From: Candidatus Acidiferrales bacterium
Lineage (GTDB): Bacteria > Acidobacteriota > Terriglobia > Acidiferrales > UBA7541
Length of the DNA: 62,373 nucleotides
Assembly: GCA_035279805.1 (NCBI GenBank)
Contig: DATEHB010000125.1
Span: 1-62,373 of the forward strand
Direction of reading: 5' to 3'
The notes under the pieces are model-generated. The model searched no databases. It was not told the DNA's origin and was given only the letters and a program-made list of their open reading frames with translations. Shown here piece by piece: positions 8,327 through 16,379 of the stretch; position 1 is the first letter of the stretch; every line of letters starts with the position of its first letter. The position numbers and the translations under genes are program-made.

Positions 8327-9360
8327 GCAGTCGCCCTCGCGGGCCTGGCCGCCGTCGTGAGGCGCGCAATCAAAAACTCCATTGTGGCGCGCGGGTTCGG
8401 GCCGCCGGACTTCAACGCGCTGTCGGCTTCCGCAAGAGCGACAATGCCGTCGAGCAATTGCTCCCGAGAGAACTTTCGAGCCTGCGCTATCGCGATTCCG
8501 GCGCTTTCCGAGCGCATGCCGAGGTCGCGCGCCGCTTGAAATTGATTCGTTCCCGGCGGCAATTCTCTGGCCTCAACCAATTTACGGTACATCCACGCAA
8601 GCGCTCCGACGATTCCGGCGGGCTGCTCACCTTCGCGCAATAAACAATCGAAAAATTCCATGGCCGCGATGCGATCATGCGCCGCGAGGACTTCGGCGAG
8701 CCTCCAGACAGTGTATTTTCTTGCGGAGACTACCAAGGCCTCGATGTCGGCGACTGTGATTTTTCTTCCGGCGGCGTAAAGGGATAATTTCTGGAGCTCA
8801 AGGCGGATCTTGGCGGGCTCGGCATTTACCGCTTCGACGAGCTCTGCCAGCGCCGCGGGATCAATATCCGCACCCAGTTCACCGGCCATCTCCGAGGCAA
8901 ACATCGCCATATTCTGGCGGCCGGTCGAAAGTTCCACGACCACTGCGTTCGCTGTGAGCAATTTGGAAACCCACCGGCGGCCATCAAGAGTTTCCGCCTC
9001 GAAAACAACGATGGAAAAGGGCGCGGGATCTTTGAGGTAGGTTGCGATTGCTTCATCAATTTCTTCGCTCGACTCTTCGCCGAGGCGTTCGAGGGCTTCC
9101 ATTCCTTCGAGAAAAACAATTTGATGCGGAGAAAGCATGGGGACAGTCTGGGCGCGCTCGAGCATTTCTTCCCATCCGCCGGCGGCCGCTGAAATTTTCG
9201 TAACGGCCCATTCGCGCGCGGCTTCAGGGATAAATTTCTCGATCAGCGCCCGGCGGCAACAGTCGCGAAGATATGGATCCGTTCCCAGCAGCAGAATCGC
9301 GGGAAGTGCTTTGCCCCTGGCGATGCTTTGCATCAGATTTTCCAATGTGGATTGGGGCAT
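8323..9360 (-). CDS. holA: DNA polymerase III subunit delta
   Basis: 345 aa, with a HolA-like N-terminus (LPAILLLGTDPYLRD..., SPHQIVFLEG) and helical C-terminal domains. It sits in the classic lptE-holA arrangement opposite rpsT. Confidence 0.8.
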   Translation of the reverse strand: MPQSTLENLMQSIARGKALPAILLLGTDPYLRDCCRRALIEKFIPEAAREWAVTKISAAAGGWEEMLERAQTVPMLSPHQIVFLEGMEALERLGEESSEEIDEAIATYLKDPAPFSIVVFEAETLDGRRWVSKLLTANAVVVELSTGRQNMAMFASEMAGELGADIDPAALAELVEAVNAEPAKIRLELQKLSLYAAGRKITVADIEALVVSARKYTVWRLAEVLAAHDRIAAMEFFDCLLREGEQPAGIVGALAWMYRKLVEARELPPGTNQFQAARDLGMRSESAGIAIAQARKFSREQLLDGIVALAEADSALKSGGPNPRATMEFLIARLTTAARPARATA

Positions 9361-9911
9361 CAGAACTCCTCGAGAATCGCTGAAACCAAATCGGAGGCGA
9401 AAGCGCGCGACAGGCGGCCCATCGCCGGACCTTCCTCTTGAAAAAAAGCGCTGACGTCGCTCGAAATCTGGTATTCGTCGCGGAAGACAAAATTGTCATT
9501 GTGATAGACGACTTTTTTTGTGGCTTGATCGACGAGGCTGACCTTCATTTTCAAGGTCACAAGCATGGTGGTGACGTGGCCGGAGGTGGAATCGAAGAGG
9601 AGCGGTGTGGCTTGAATATCCGTAATTTCTCCGCTGAGAACGGCGTCCGCGCCATCCACGCGAGGCACGACGCGATATTTTGTGCGCGCCAGGAATTCAT
9701 GAATGACCGCATCAGTGACACGCTGCTCGATGCGATATGTCGGCGTCCGATTCACGAACGCGGGAACCGCGATGGTGCGCCAATCCGACGGCAAGCGCGC
9801 GGCACGTCCCGCCACGTGATAGCCACAGCCGCCGAGGAATACAATCATGCACGCGAGCGCTGATGTGAAAATTGTCAGCGCCGCCCGGCGCGAATCAAAT
9901 CTTGGGAGCAA
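9360..9911 (-). CDS. lptE: LPS-assembly lipoprotein LptE-like
   Basis: I place the start at TTG 9911, with GGAGGA 6 nt upstream. This gives MLPRFDSRRAALTIFTSALACMIVFLGGC, a complete lipoprotein signal peptide with an LGGC lipobox. ATG 9848 would leave only 7 residues before the Cys, and the track start 10115 overlaps the upstream gene by 220 nt. The mature part is LptE-like (GYHVAG...VPAFVNRT...). Its stop overlaps the holA start (TGATG). Confidence 0.7.
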   Translation of the reverse strand: MLPRFDSRRAALTIFTSALACMIVFLGGCGYHVAGRAARLPSDWRTIAVPAFVNRTPTYRIEQRVTDAVIHEFLARTKYRVVPRVDGADAVLSGEITDIQATPLLFDSTSGHVTTMLVTLKMKVSLVDQATKKVVYHNDNFVFRDEYQISSDVSAFFQEEGPAMGRLSRAFASDLVSAILEEF

Positions 9912-10926
9912 GCAACTCCTCCGCAATGCGGACCGCGTTGCCCGCGGCGAGCTGCAAATTATCGGAAACGCCCCAGAGCCACATGCCGCCGCTGACGTTT
10001 TCGTCGCGTTCGGCGCGCGCCAAGTGGATTTTCGCTTCGCCCGCAACGCTGATGTTTGTCGGCTTCGGCTCATCCTCGCTGACCACATGAATCCCCGCGC
10101 CGGCAAGCGCGGCATTGAGTTTCCCTGCGTCGCACTCTCCCGCGAATTCCGTGTAGGCGGCGAAAGCGTATCCGTAAAATACGGGCGTCTGGATCAACTG
10201 CAGGGCGGGAACCGCGATCCTTCCGTCAAGATACCCGGCCGCGCCTCGCGCAATGTCCCGGCGCATCTCCGCCAGACTGGGACGGCTTGTCTCTCCATAT
10301 CCGGCGAGCAGATTGAAAGCGACCTGCGTATCGAAAATGGCCTGCGTGATGGGACGAAGCAGCAACAAGTCGGCCGTCTGCTTTTCGAGTTCCTCGATAC
10401 CCAACTGGCCGCGTTCGGAAACCGGCGGAAAAAATAGAATGGCCAATCGCACGGGAGAAAATTTCTTCAGAACCGCCGCTAGCGTACAAGCGATGATGAT
10501 TGCAGGCGCGGGAGACGAAAAAATTCCGCTGCCCCGATGTTTTCCAGTCTTGTGTTCAGGCGGTGCCAGGAGCGTGTCCAGTTCGGGAATCCACGCAGCG
10601 GCATGGCCCGCTTCGTCAAGAGCTCCCGTCAAATCGATAATCGTCGCGCCAGCTTCGTGGGCCAGTTTCCAGTTGTCGCGTGTTTCGTCCTTGCCGCCGG
10701 CGAAAAAAACGAAACGCGCGCCGTCAAAGCTCTCGCGGTCCATGGGCTTGATGAATGTCGGTTCGCCCCCAGCCTCCGCCAACGTCCCAACCGGAACGCT
10801 GGTATCCAACAACACGATCTCCGCGGCTGGAAAATTGCGGTCTTCGATCACCTGCTTCAATTCTTTTCCGCGCAATGATGACGCGCCGACAATGGCTATC
10901 CGATGGCGGGAATGCTCGCGGGGCAT
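9895..10926 (-). CDS. Aspartate-semialdehyde dehydrogenase homologue, apparently lacking catalytic Cys/His (Asd-like pseudoenzyme candidate)
   Basis: The Asd-type N-terminus RIAIVGASSLRGKELKQVIEDRNFP and C-terminus LWGVSDNLQLAAGNAVRIAEELL are present. At the expected IIANPNCSTI position it reads IFSSPAPAII, and at the PxxxGHSES position it reads PVFYGYAFA. Confidence 0.7.
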   Translation of the reverse strand: MPREHSRHRIAIVGASSLRGKELKQVIEDRNFPAAEIVLLDTSVPVGTLAEAGGEPTFIKPMDRESFDGARFVFFAGGKDETRDNWKLAHEAGATIIDLTGALDEAGHAAAWIPELDTLLAPPEHKTGKHRGSGIFSSPAPAIIIACTLAAVLKKFSPVRLAILFFPPVSERGQLGIEELEKQTADLLLLRPITQAIFDTQVAFNLLAGYGETSRPSLAEMRRDIARGAAGYLDGRIAVPALQLIQTPVFYGYAFAAYTEFAGECDAGKLNAALAGAGIHVVSEDEPKPTNISVAGEAKIHLARAERDENVSGGMWLWGVSDNLQLAAGNAVRIAEELLAPKI

Positions 10927-10928
10927 GT

Positions 10929-11753
10929 TCAGGCGGAATGCGGGACGGTCCGGTGACGTGCTTTACGCAGGACTTCAATTATCATGCCATGCAGAACGTA
11001 AACGGTGGCGATGACCAGGAGCGTAGCTTCCGAATAGCGGAAGATCGCAGCGACGATCAGCGCCATGGCCACTACTGCAAGTGACGTTTGCCGGCGGCCC
11101 CAGTTAACACCCTTGAAATTGTAGTAGCGGACCTTGCTTGCCATCAAGAATCCCAGCAGAAAAACCAGCAGCACCCAGACAAGCGATTTGCGCCAGTCTT
11201 CAATCGGGTTCCACATCGCGTGGACAACAGCGGCAATCGCGCCCGCGCCCGCGGGGGTTGGCAGGCCCACAAAATATTTTGAGCCGCCGGCCATGCCGAT
11301 ATTAAATCGCGCCAGTCTCCACGCGCAAAAAATCACAAACACAAAGCTCGCGAGCCATCCGAGCTGAACGATGTATGGAGCGAAAATGGAATCGCCGACG
11401 ACCACACCCTTTACGCCCCAGCCGAAAGCGAGAAACGCTGGGGCGACCCCGAAACTGACCACGTCGGCGAGCGAATCGAACTGCTTGCCGAATTCCGAGT
11501 TCGCATGCATCAGCCGCGCGACCCTGCCATCGAGCGAATCGAACACAATTGCGGCGCCAATTGCCTTCGCGGCATTGTCCATGTCGCCCGCGCCGCCGCG
11601 AAAAGTCTCGAGGATCGCGTAGTAGCCGCAAAGCAAGTTGAGGACGGTGAAAAGGCTCGGTAGCATGTATGCGCCACGGCGAAACCTGCCGTCGCGAGCG
11701 GGGCGCCCCTCGTCCGGCTCGAACCCCATCGATTTCATTTCGTCGGTAGCCAT
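10929..11753 (-). CDS. pssA: CDP-diacylglycerol--serine O-phosphatidyltransferase
   Basis: The CDP-alcohol phosphatidyltransferase motif DSLDGRVARLMHANSEFGKQFDSLAD fits D-x2-DG-x2-AR-x8-G-x3-D-x3-D. The protein is multi-TM and is adjacent to and overlapping psd. Confidence 0.9.
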   Translation of the reverse strand: MATDEMKSMGFEPDEGRPARDGRFRRGAYMLPSLFTVLNLLCGYYAILETFRGGAGDMDNAAKAIGAAIVFDSLDGRVARLMHANSEFGKQFDSLADVVSFGVAPAFLAFGWGVKGVVVGDSIFAPYIVQLGWLASFVFVIFCAWRLARFNIGMAGGSKYFVGLPTPAGAGAIAAVVHAMWNPIEDWRKSLVWVLLVFLLGFLMASKVRYYNFKGVNWGRRQTSLAVVAMALIVAAIFRYSEATLLVIATVYVLHGMIIEVLRKARHRTVPHSA

Positions 11754-12352
11754 CGTGCGATTTGAGTGGCTCCTCCGGCCACGTGCTGCCCGCGTTTAAT
11801 CAGAATTTCGGCCGCCGCTGGAAGCCATACATCCACGCGAGAGCCAAAGCGGATCATGCCGATTCGTTCGCCGAGCGCGACGTCATCTCCCACACGCTTC
11901 CAGCAAAGAATTCTCCGCGCCACCCATCCCGCGATCTGCTTGAAACTCATTTCGCCGGAAGGCGTGTCGATCGAAATCACGTTCTGCTCGTTATCAGCGG
12001 ACGCCTTTCCGTTCCATGCGGCCATGAAGCGTCCTGAATGGTACTCCACTTTCCGGATTTTTCCCGCCACTGGCGCACGATTGACGTGCACGTCGAAAAC
12101 CGAAAGGAAGATGCTGACGCGCGTGCCCGGGCAGCCATTCAGCAGTTCGTCGACAATCTCGACCACGCGGCCGTCACCCGGCGAAACAACAGCGCCTGGA
12201 TCCGTTGGAATCCTGCGTTCCGGATCGCGAAAGAAGTACAGTACGAAAAGCCCCAGCGCCACCAGAATCGCCGCCCACCACCAGCGAAACGCCAACAAAA
12301 CAGTTCCCAGAATCAGCGGCGGCAGCGCAAAACGATATCCATCCTTCACCAT
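11735..12352 (-). CDS. psd: Phosphatidylserine decarboxylase family proenzyme (short type)
   Basis: N-terminal TM region, LSVFDVHVNRAPVAGKI, and a C-terminal FGSRVDVW with the G-S self-cleavage site of pyruvoyl enzymes. It overlaps pssA by 19 nt. Confidence 0.85.
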   Translation of the reverse strand: MVKDGYRFALPPLILGTVLLAFRWWWAAILVALGLFVLYFFRDPERRIPTDPGAVVSPGDGRVVEIVDELLNGCPGTRVSIFLSVFDVHVNRAPVAGKIRKVEYHSGRFMAAWNGKASADNEQNVISIDTPSGEMSFKQIAGWVARRILCWKRVGDDVALGERIGMIRFGSRVDVWLPAAAEILIKRGQHVAGGATQIARWLPTK

Positions 12353-12419
12353 AGTCGACGAAGCATACCTCGCACCGACACCTGCATTGTACGACAGAAC
12401 AAGACGCCGCGGTGCGGGG

Positions 12420-12656
12420 TTAGCTGGTCCGGGCCTCTCGACGCCGGCGCGCTATGAGCTGCTGCATTTCATCTTTCAATCGAAGTTTCAATTTCTTGAT
12501 TTGGGTTTCGAGAAGCATGTCCTCTGAACTGCGGTAGGGCTGACGAAGTAACTGGTGGAGTTGCTCTTCGTACCGGGAATGCTGTTGGGCCAACTCGCGA
12601 AACTGTTCGTCGTTCGACATCAAGTCCCCTGGAATTTCCTGAGCCGTCTCGGGCAT
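12420..12656 (-). CDS. DUF465 (YdcH-like) small coiled-coil protein
   Basis: ATG at 12656 has GGAGG 6 nt upstream (track start TTG 12695 is less likely). 78 aa, with the typical pattern NDEQFRELAQQHSRYEEQLHQL...ETQIKKLKLRLKDEM. Confidence 0.6.
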   Translation of the reverse strand: MPETAQEIPGDLMSNDEQFRELAQQHSRYEEQLHQLLRQPYRSSEDMLLETQIKKLKLRLKDEMQQLIARRRREARTS

Positions 12657-12754
12657 CCGTTCCCTCCAGGTTGAAATTTGGTCTACATGAATCAAAACCT
12701 ATCACAGTTTTCGAACGGATGCCAAACATCTCTGGTGGAGTTTCAAAAAAATCA

Positions 12755-13342
12755 TCACGCGTCATGCACGGGCGCTGTCAGCAACAGGGCATCATCTGTG
12801 GGATCGGGGTAATAGTTGGGACGCAGGCCGGCGGCACGGAATCCGCGAGACTCGTAAAAACTGCGCGCGGGCGCATTTGAGGCTCGCACTTCGAGGTGCA
12901 CCTTAGCGATTCCATTCTCCGCGGCCCACTTCATCACGGCGCTTAACAACCGGGTGGCAACCCCTTGTCTGTGTGCCGAAGGAGCGACTGCAAGATTCAA
13001 AATTTCCATTTCGTCGGCGAGTTTGCGAGCCGCGAGGAACCCGGCGATTCGCCCGTCGTTGTCAACACTTTCGATGTTTTCAAGTACGAAGCACGGCGCC
13101 GCATCGTCCAGGAGTGTTTCGTAGTCCTTTCGTGACCATTGGGACGCCTCGCAGCAGTGCGCCTGAACTTCGAGCACCGCGGCGATATCGCGCGACTCCA
13201 GATGGCGAATCGTGGGACCGAGGCCCGGTCTCTGAAGGACCCCAGAGGCCTCTTGCGATGTGGCGCCTTTCGACACCGTTAAAGCTGTGCTCTGACGAAT
13301 GTCATTTTTGCGGCCCACTAAATTGCTCAAGGGCCGTTCCAT
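12755..13342 (-). CDS. rimI: Ribosomal-protein-alanine N-acetyltransferase RimI (GNAT)
   Basis: GNAT core ILNLAVAPSAHRQGVATRLL...VHLEVRASNAPARSFYESRGF. It overlaps tsaB by 16 nt, the classic tsaB-rimI pair. The first 45 or so aa are unusual, so the true start may be internal. Confidence 0.75.
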   Translation of the reverse strand: MERPLSNLVGRKNDIRQSTALTVSKGATSQEASGVLQRPGLGPTIRHLESRDIAAVLEVQAHCCEASQWSRKDYETLLDDAAPCFVLENIESVDNDGRIAGFLAARKLADEMEILNLAVAPSAHRQGVATRLLSAVMKWAAENGIAKVHLEVRASNAPARSFYESRGFRAAGLRPNYYPDPTDDALLLTAPVHDA

Positions 13343-14031
13343 AAAGGTTCCGCATCGGCACGGCGAATGTAATTCGCGTCCAGACGCAACGCATCGGTAA
13401 CTTCGCCGCGCTTGGCACGGTCATAGCCGAGCTCTCCAATGACGGGGGCGAGCACGGAAGAAACACGCTTGACATGGCGCGAAATCGCGGGCGCAATGTT
13501 GCTTGCGTTCAATATAGGCTGAATGAGTTCCGGGCACGGCGAAGTGAATCGGACTCGACTGTCGCGGGCCTGTGCGGCAATCTCGGCGAAAAATTCCTGG
13601 GGCGAGCAAACATGGTCGTCGCTTTCGCGCACAAGGCTGCTGCCATCCCGACGGAAGAGCGCGGCATAGATTTGGCCGCGTCGCGCGTCCATCACTGGCG
13701 CAATTAATTCTGTGTCAGACTGGTTCTGCGATGCGACCGCCTCAAGCCCGCTGACGGCGACGACTGGCTTTTCGAACACTTCCGCCCATGCCTTCACGGC
13801 CGCGAGCCCCACGCGCAGGCCGGTGAACGACCCAGGCCCCGCCACAACCGCGAAGACATCGAACTGCCGCATCTCGAGGTGCAGTTCATCGAGCAGGAAA
13901 CCAAGTTGACGGAACAGGCGTGCGGAGTACGGTTCATCGGCGAAAGTCGAGACGACTCCCTCCAATCTACCGTCGCGCAGAACTGCCAAACTTCCCGACT
14001 GAGTGGAGGTGTCGACGGCCAGAAGCAACAT
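13327..14031 (-). CDS. tsaB: tRNA t6A37 biosynthesis protein TsaB
   Basis: MLLLAVDTSTQSGSLAVLRDGR...GPGSFTGLRVGLAAVKA, a YeaZ/TsaB-type ASKHA fold signature. Confidence 0.85.
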   Translation of the reverse strand: MLLLAVDTSTQSGSLAVLRDGRLEGVVSTFADEPYSARLFRQLGFLLDELHLEMRQFDVFAVVAGPGSFTGLRVGLAAVKAWAEVFEKPVVAVSGLEAVASQNQSDTELIAPVMDARRGQIYAALFRRDGSSLVRESDDHVCSPQEFFAEIAAQARDSRVRFTSPCPELIQPILNASNIAPAISRHVKRVSSVLAPVIGELGYDRAKRGEVTDALRLDANYIRRADAEPLWNGP

Positions 14032-14093
14032 AAACAGCCATTTTACAAGATTTCTGCCTTGACATTTGATTTAAATCGGAGCCTGAAAGCCGC

Positions 14094-14116
14094 AAAAAAA
14101 TAGGGGTTTCCCCCTA
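14094..14116 (-). terminator. Compact intrinsic-terminator-like hairpin readable only on the minus strand
   Basis: Minus strand reads CUAGGGG-GAAA-CCCCUA followed by UUUUUUU, that is a 6-bp GC-rich stem, a GNRA tetraloop and U7. It lies 63-85 nt upstream of the tsaB ATG, next to the predicted carD promoter. Confidence 0.35.
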
Positions 14117-14123
14117 GATTCTC

Positions 14124-14152
14124 TTGACCTTCCCCCTACGCAGGCCTAAGCT
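14124..14152 (+). promoter_or_regulatory. Candidate sigma70-type promoter of carD (-35 TTGACC, 17-nt spacer, -10 TAAGCT)
   Basis: Reads ctcTTGACCttccccctacgcaggccTAAGCTttt, ending 33 nt upstream of the carD ATG. Confidence 0.4.
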
Positions 14153-14185
14153 TTTCCTGTAGCTTCTGGGGAGGGTACATCCGGT

Positions 14186-14710
14186 ATGGAATTCAAATTG
14201 GGTGAGAAAGTTGTTTATCCAAACCACGGTGTTGGGATCATCGAACAAATCAGCTTCGGTTACCTGAATGGCCGCTCCGAACGTTACTACATGCTGAAAA
14301 TCGTCTCCAGCGGGCTTAAAGTCATGGTTCCACAAACTAATATCATGAGCGTCGGTCTGCGTCCCGTGATCCGCTCGAACGAGGCGGGTGACGTCATCAC
14401 CTATCTCGAAAAGGGCCGCTCTGCCTCTCATCACGACTGGAAGCACCGCTTCAAAGAGAACTCCGAGCGAATGCGCACGGGGTCGCTGATGGAAGTCGCT
14501 GCGGTCCTGAAGGGACTGGTATCTCTCAGCCGGACCAAGCCACTTTCGTTCCGCGAGAAGAAGATGCTCGAACGTGCCAAGCATTTGCTGGTCACTGAGC
14601 TGGCAACGGTTCGCAACACGAGCGAGCAGATGATGGAGACGAACCTGGTGCGAGCACTGGCCAAGGCTCGGTTACAGATGCCCGAAGCGCTCGAAAAGCT
14701 GGAGAATTAG
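14186..14710 (+). CDS. carD: CarD/CdnL family RNA polymerase-binding transcription factor
   Basis: N-terminal Tudor-like RID FKLGEKVVYPNHGVGIIEQI...YYMLKI, plus a helical C-terminal domain (...SHHDWKHRFKEN...). Confidence 0.9.
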   Translation: MEFKLGEKVVYPNHGVGIIEQISFGYLNGRSERYYMLKIVSSGLKVMVPQTNIMSVGLRPVIRSNEAGDVITYLEKGRSASHHDWKHRFKENSERMRTGSLMEVAAVLKGLVSLSRTKPLSFREKKMLERAKHLLVTELATVRNTSEQMMETNLVRALAKARLQMPEALEKLEN

Positions 14711-14789
14711 CTGTATTCTCTTGAACCGGCTGAACCTTTCTGAAGATTAATGGCAGCACCCCTGCTTCGGGAGCGGGGACGAACATTAC

Positions 14790-16379
14790 TTACTTCCGGC
14801 GCTTCGGCGGCTTTCCCCAGCCGCCACCGCCGGGGCTTTCAATTCTGACAACGGTTCCAGCCGGAGCGTAAAAGCTGCCCTTTGCCGCGACTTGTCTTCG
14901 GCGGCCCGCGATCACCGCTTCGTTTTTCCCTGTTGTGCCAGGTTTCCCGCCTGCCAGACCGTAGGGCCCTAACTTGCGACGATCCGACAACATACCCACT
15001 TGCATCGGCGCAAGCAGTCCAATTTCGCGGATGATTCCGTCGCCGCCGCGAAACTTCCCGGCTCCGCCGGAGCCATAGCGGATGCCGTAATGCTTCACGC
15101 GCACCGGATACGCATGCTCGAAGACCTCCACGGGCGTATTCAGTGAATTCGTCATGTGGGTGTGAATGCCGCTTTCGCCGTCGAGCCCCGGGCGAGCTCC
15201 CATGCCCCCGGCGATCGTTTCGTAATAAGCAAAGGGCGCGCCGCCGCGACCGGAGCGCGTGTCGCATCCTCCGAGGGTCAAATTGTTCATGGTGCCCTGA
15301 CTCGCTGCGGGAATTCTCTTAGGGATGGCTCGCGCCAGTGCGCGCAAGAGAGTGTCGACAATGCGCTGCGACGCTTCTACGTTTCCTCCCGCGACGGCTG
15401 CGGGCGGCCGGGCATTCACGATGGTTCCCTCGGGGGCGACAATTTTTATCGGATGCAGCAGGCCGGATGTTGCGGGCACCTGGTCATCGACCAGGCATCG
15501 GAAAACGTAGAATACCGCCGAGTCGGCAATGGCCTTGACCGCGTTCACACTTCCCGCGCACTGGGGCGACGACCCTGTGAAATCCACGTCCGCGCGTTCG
15601 CCGCGAATACGAATTGTGACGCGAATCGCGATTAGATCGTCAGTTACGCCGTCACTGTCGAGAAAATCCTCGCCGCGATACACGCCGTTGGGGATCTGGC
15701 GTAATGTTGCGCGCATCATCTTCGCGGAATATTCGAGAAGGCGGCGTCCATAGGCGTCGGTTTCTCGCTTGCCGTACTTGCGGGTGATCTCAATGAGCCG
15801 CCTTTCGCCGACGCGGCAGGCCGCGAGTTGCGCGGTCAAATCACCTTCGCGCTCCTGCGCAGTGCGCACATTTGCCAGCAGCAGCCGCATCACGTCCCGG
15901 ACGACGTGGCCGTTTTCAACAATCTTTACCGGCGGGATGCGAATGCCCTCCTGAAAAATCTCGCGTGACAATCCCATCGAGCCGGCCTGCGCGCCGCCAA
16001 CGTCCGCATGGTGCGCGCGATTGGCAACGTAAAACATTGGCGTCTTCTCGCGCGGCAAATGCACGGGCATCACCATGGTCAAGTCTGGCAGATGCGTGCC
16101 GCCCGCGTACGGATCGTTCAACAGCGTCACGTCGCCCGGCTTCAAATCGATGGCGCGAATGGCTGCGTGCACAGAGGCAGGCATGGACCCCAGATGTACA
16201 GGCATGTGATCGCCCATCGCGAGCACGTCGCCGTCACGATTGAAAACGGCGCAGGAATAGTCGCGACGCTCTTTGATATTTGGCGAGAAAGCGGAGCGGC
16301 GCAGCACTCCGCCCATTTCTTCAGCGACCGAATGAAAAAGATTCTTGAAGATTTCCAGACGTACTGGATCGAATTTCAT
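14790..16379 (-). CDS. Hydantoinase B / oxoprolinase family protein
   Basis: [46 protein letters not shown]...[11 protein letters not shown] is a HyuB-family signature. There is an ATGA start/stop overlap with the upstream hyuA-like gene. Confidence 0.85.
   Translation of the reverse strand: MKFDPVRLEIFKNLFHSVAEEMGGVLRRSAFSPNIKERRDYSCAVFNRDGDVLAMGDHMPVHLGSMPASVHAAIRAIDLKPGDVTLLNDPYAGGTHLPDLTMVMPVHLPREKTPMFYVANRAHHADVGGAQAGSMGLSREIFQEGIRIPPVKIVENGHVVRDVMRLLLANVRTAQEREGDLTAQLAACRVGERRLIEITRKYGKRETDAYGRRLLEYSAKMMRATLRQIPNGVYRGEDFLDSDGVTDDLIAIRVTIRIRGERADVDFTGSSPQCAGSVNAVKAIADSAVFYVFRCLVDDQVPATSGLLHPIKIVAPEGTIVNARPPAAVAGGNVEASQRIVDTLLRALARAIPKRIPAASQGTMNNLTLGGCDTRSGRGGAPFAYYETIAGGMGARPGLDGESGIHTHMTNSLNTPVEVFEHAYPVRVKHYGIRYGSGGAGKFRGGDGIIREIGLLAPMQVGMLSDRRKLGPYGLAGGKPGTTGKNEAVIAGRRRQVAAKGSFYAPAGTVVRIESPGGGGWGKPPKRRK

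Noticed and set aside
9912-10115. Extended N-termini offered by the ORF track for several genes. These are lptE to 10115, ybeY to 4130, GNAT to 2326, rfaE2 to 33153, mlaE to 42204, rsmB from 44781, the hypothetical gene from 55616 and the secreted protein from 36926.
   Set aside because: The extensions overlap the upstream gene substantially or add non-homologous Arg/Ser/Ala-rich sequence. Internal starts with SD sequences or start/stop coupling give products of canonical length.
14741-14766. The hairpin CCCCUGC-UUCG-GGAGCGGGG between convergent carD and hyuB, as a bidirectional terminator.
   Set aside because: The stem needs a mismatch and a bulge, and neither strand has a U-tract, so it is not strong enough to annotate.
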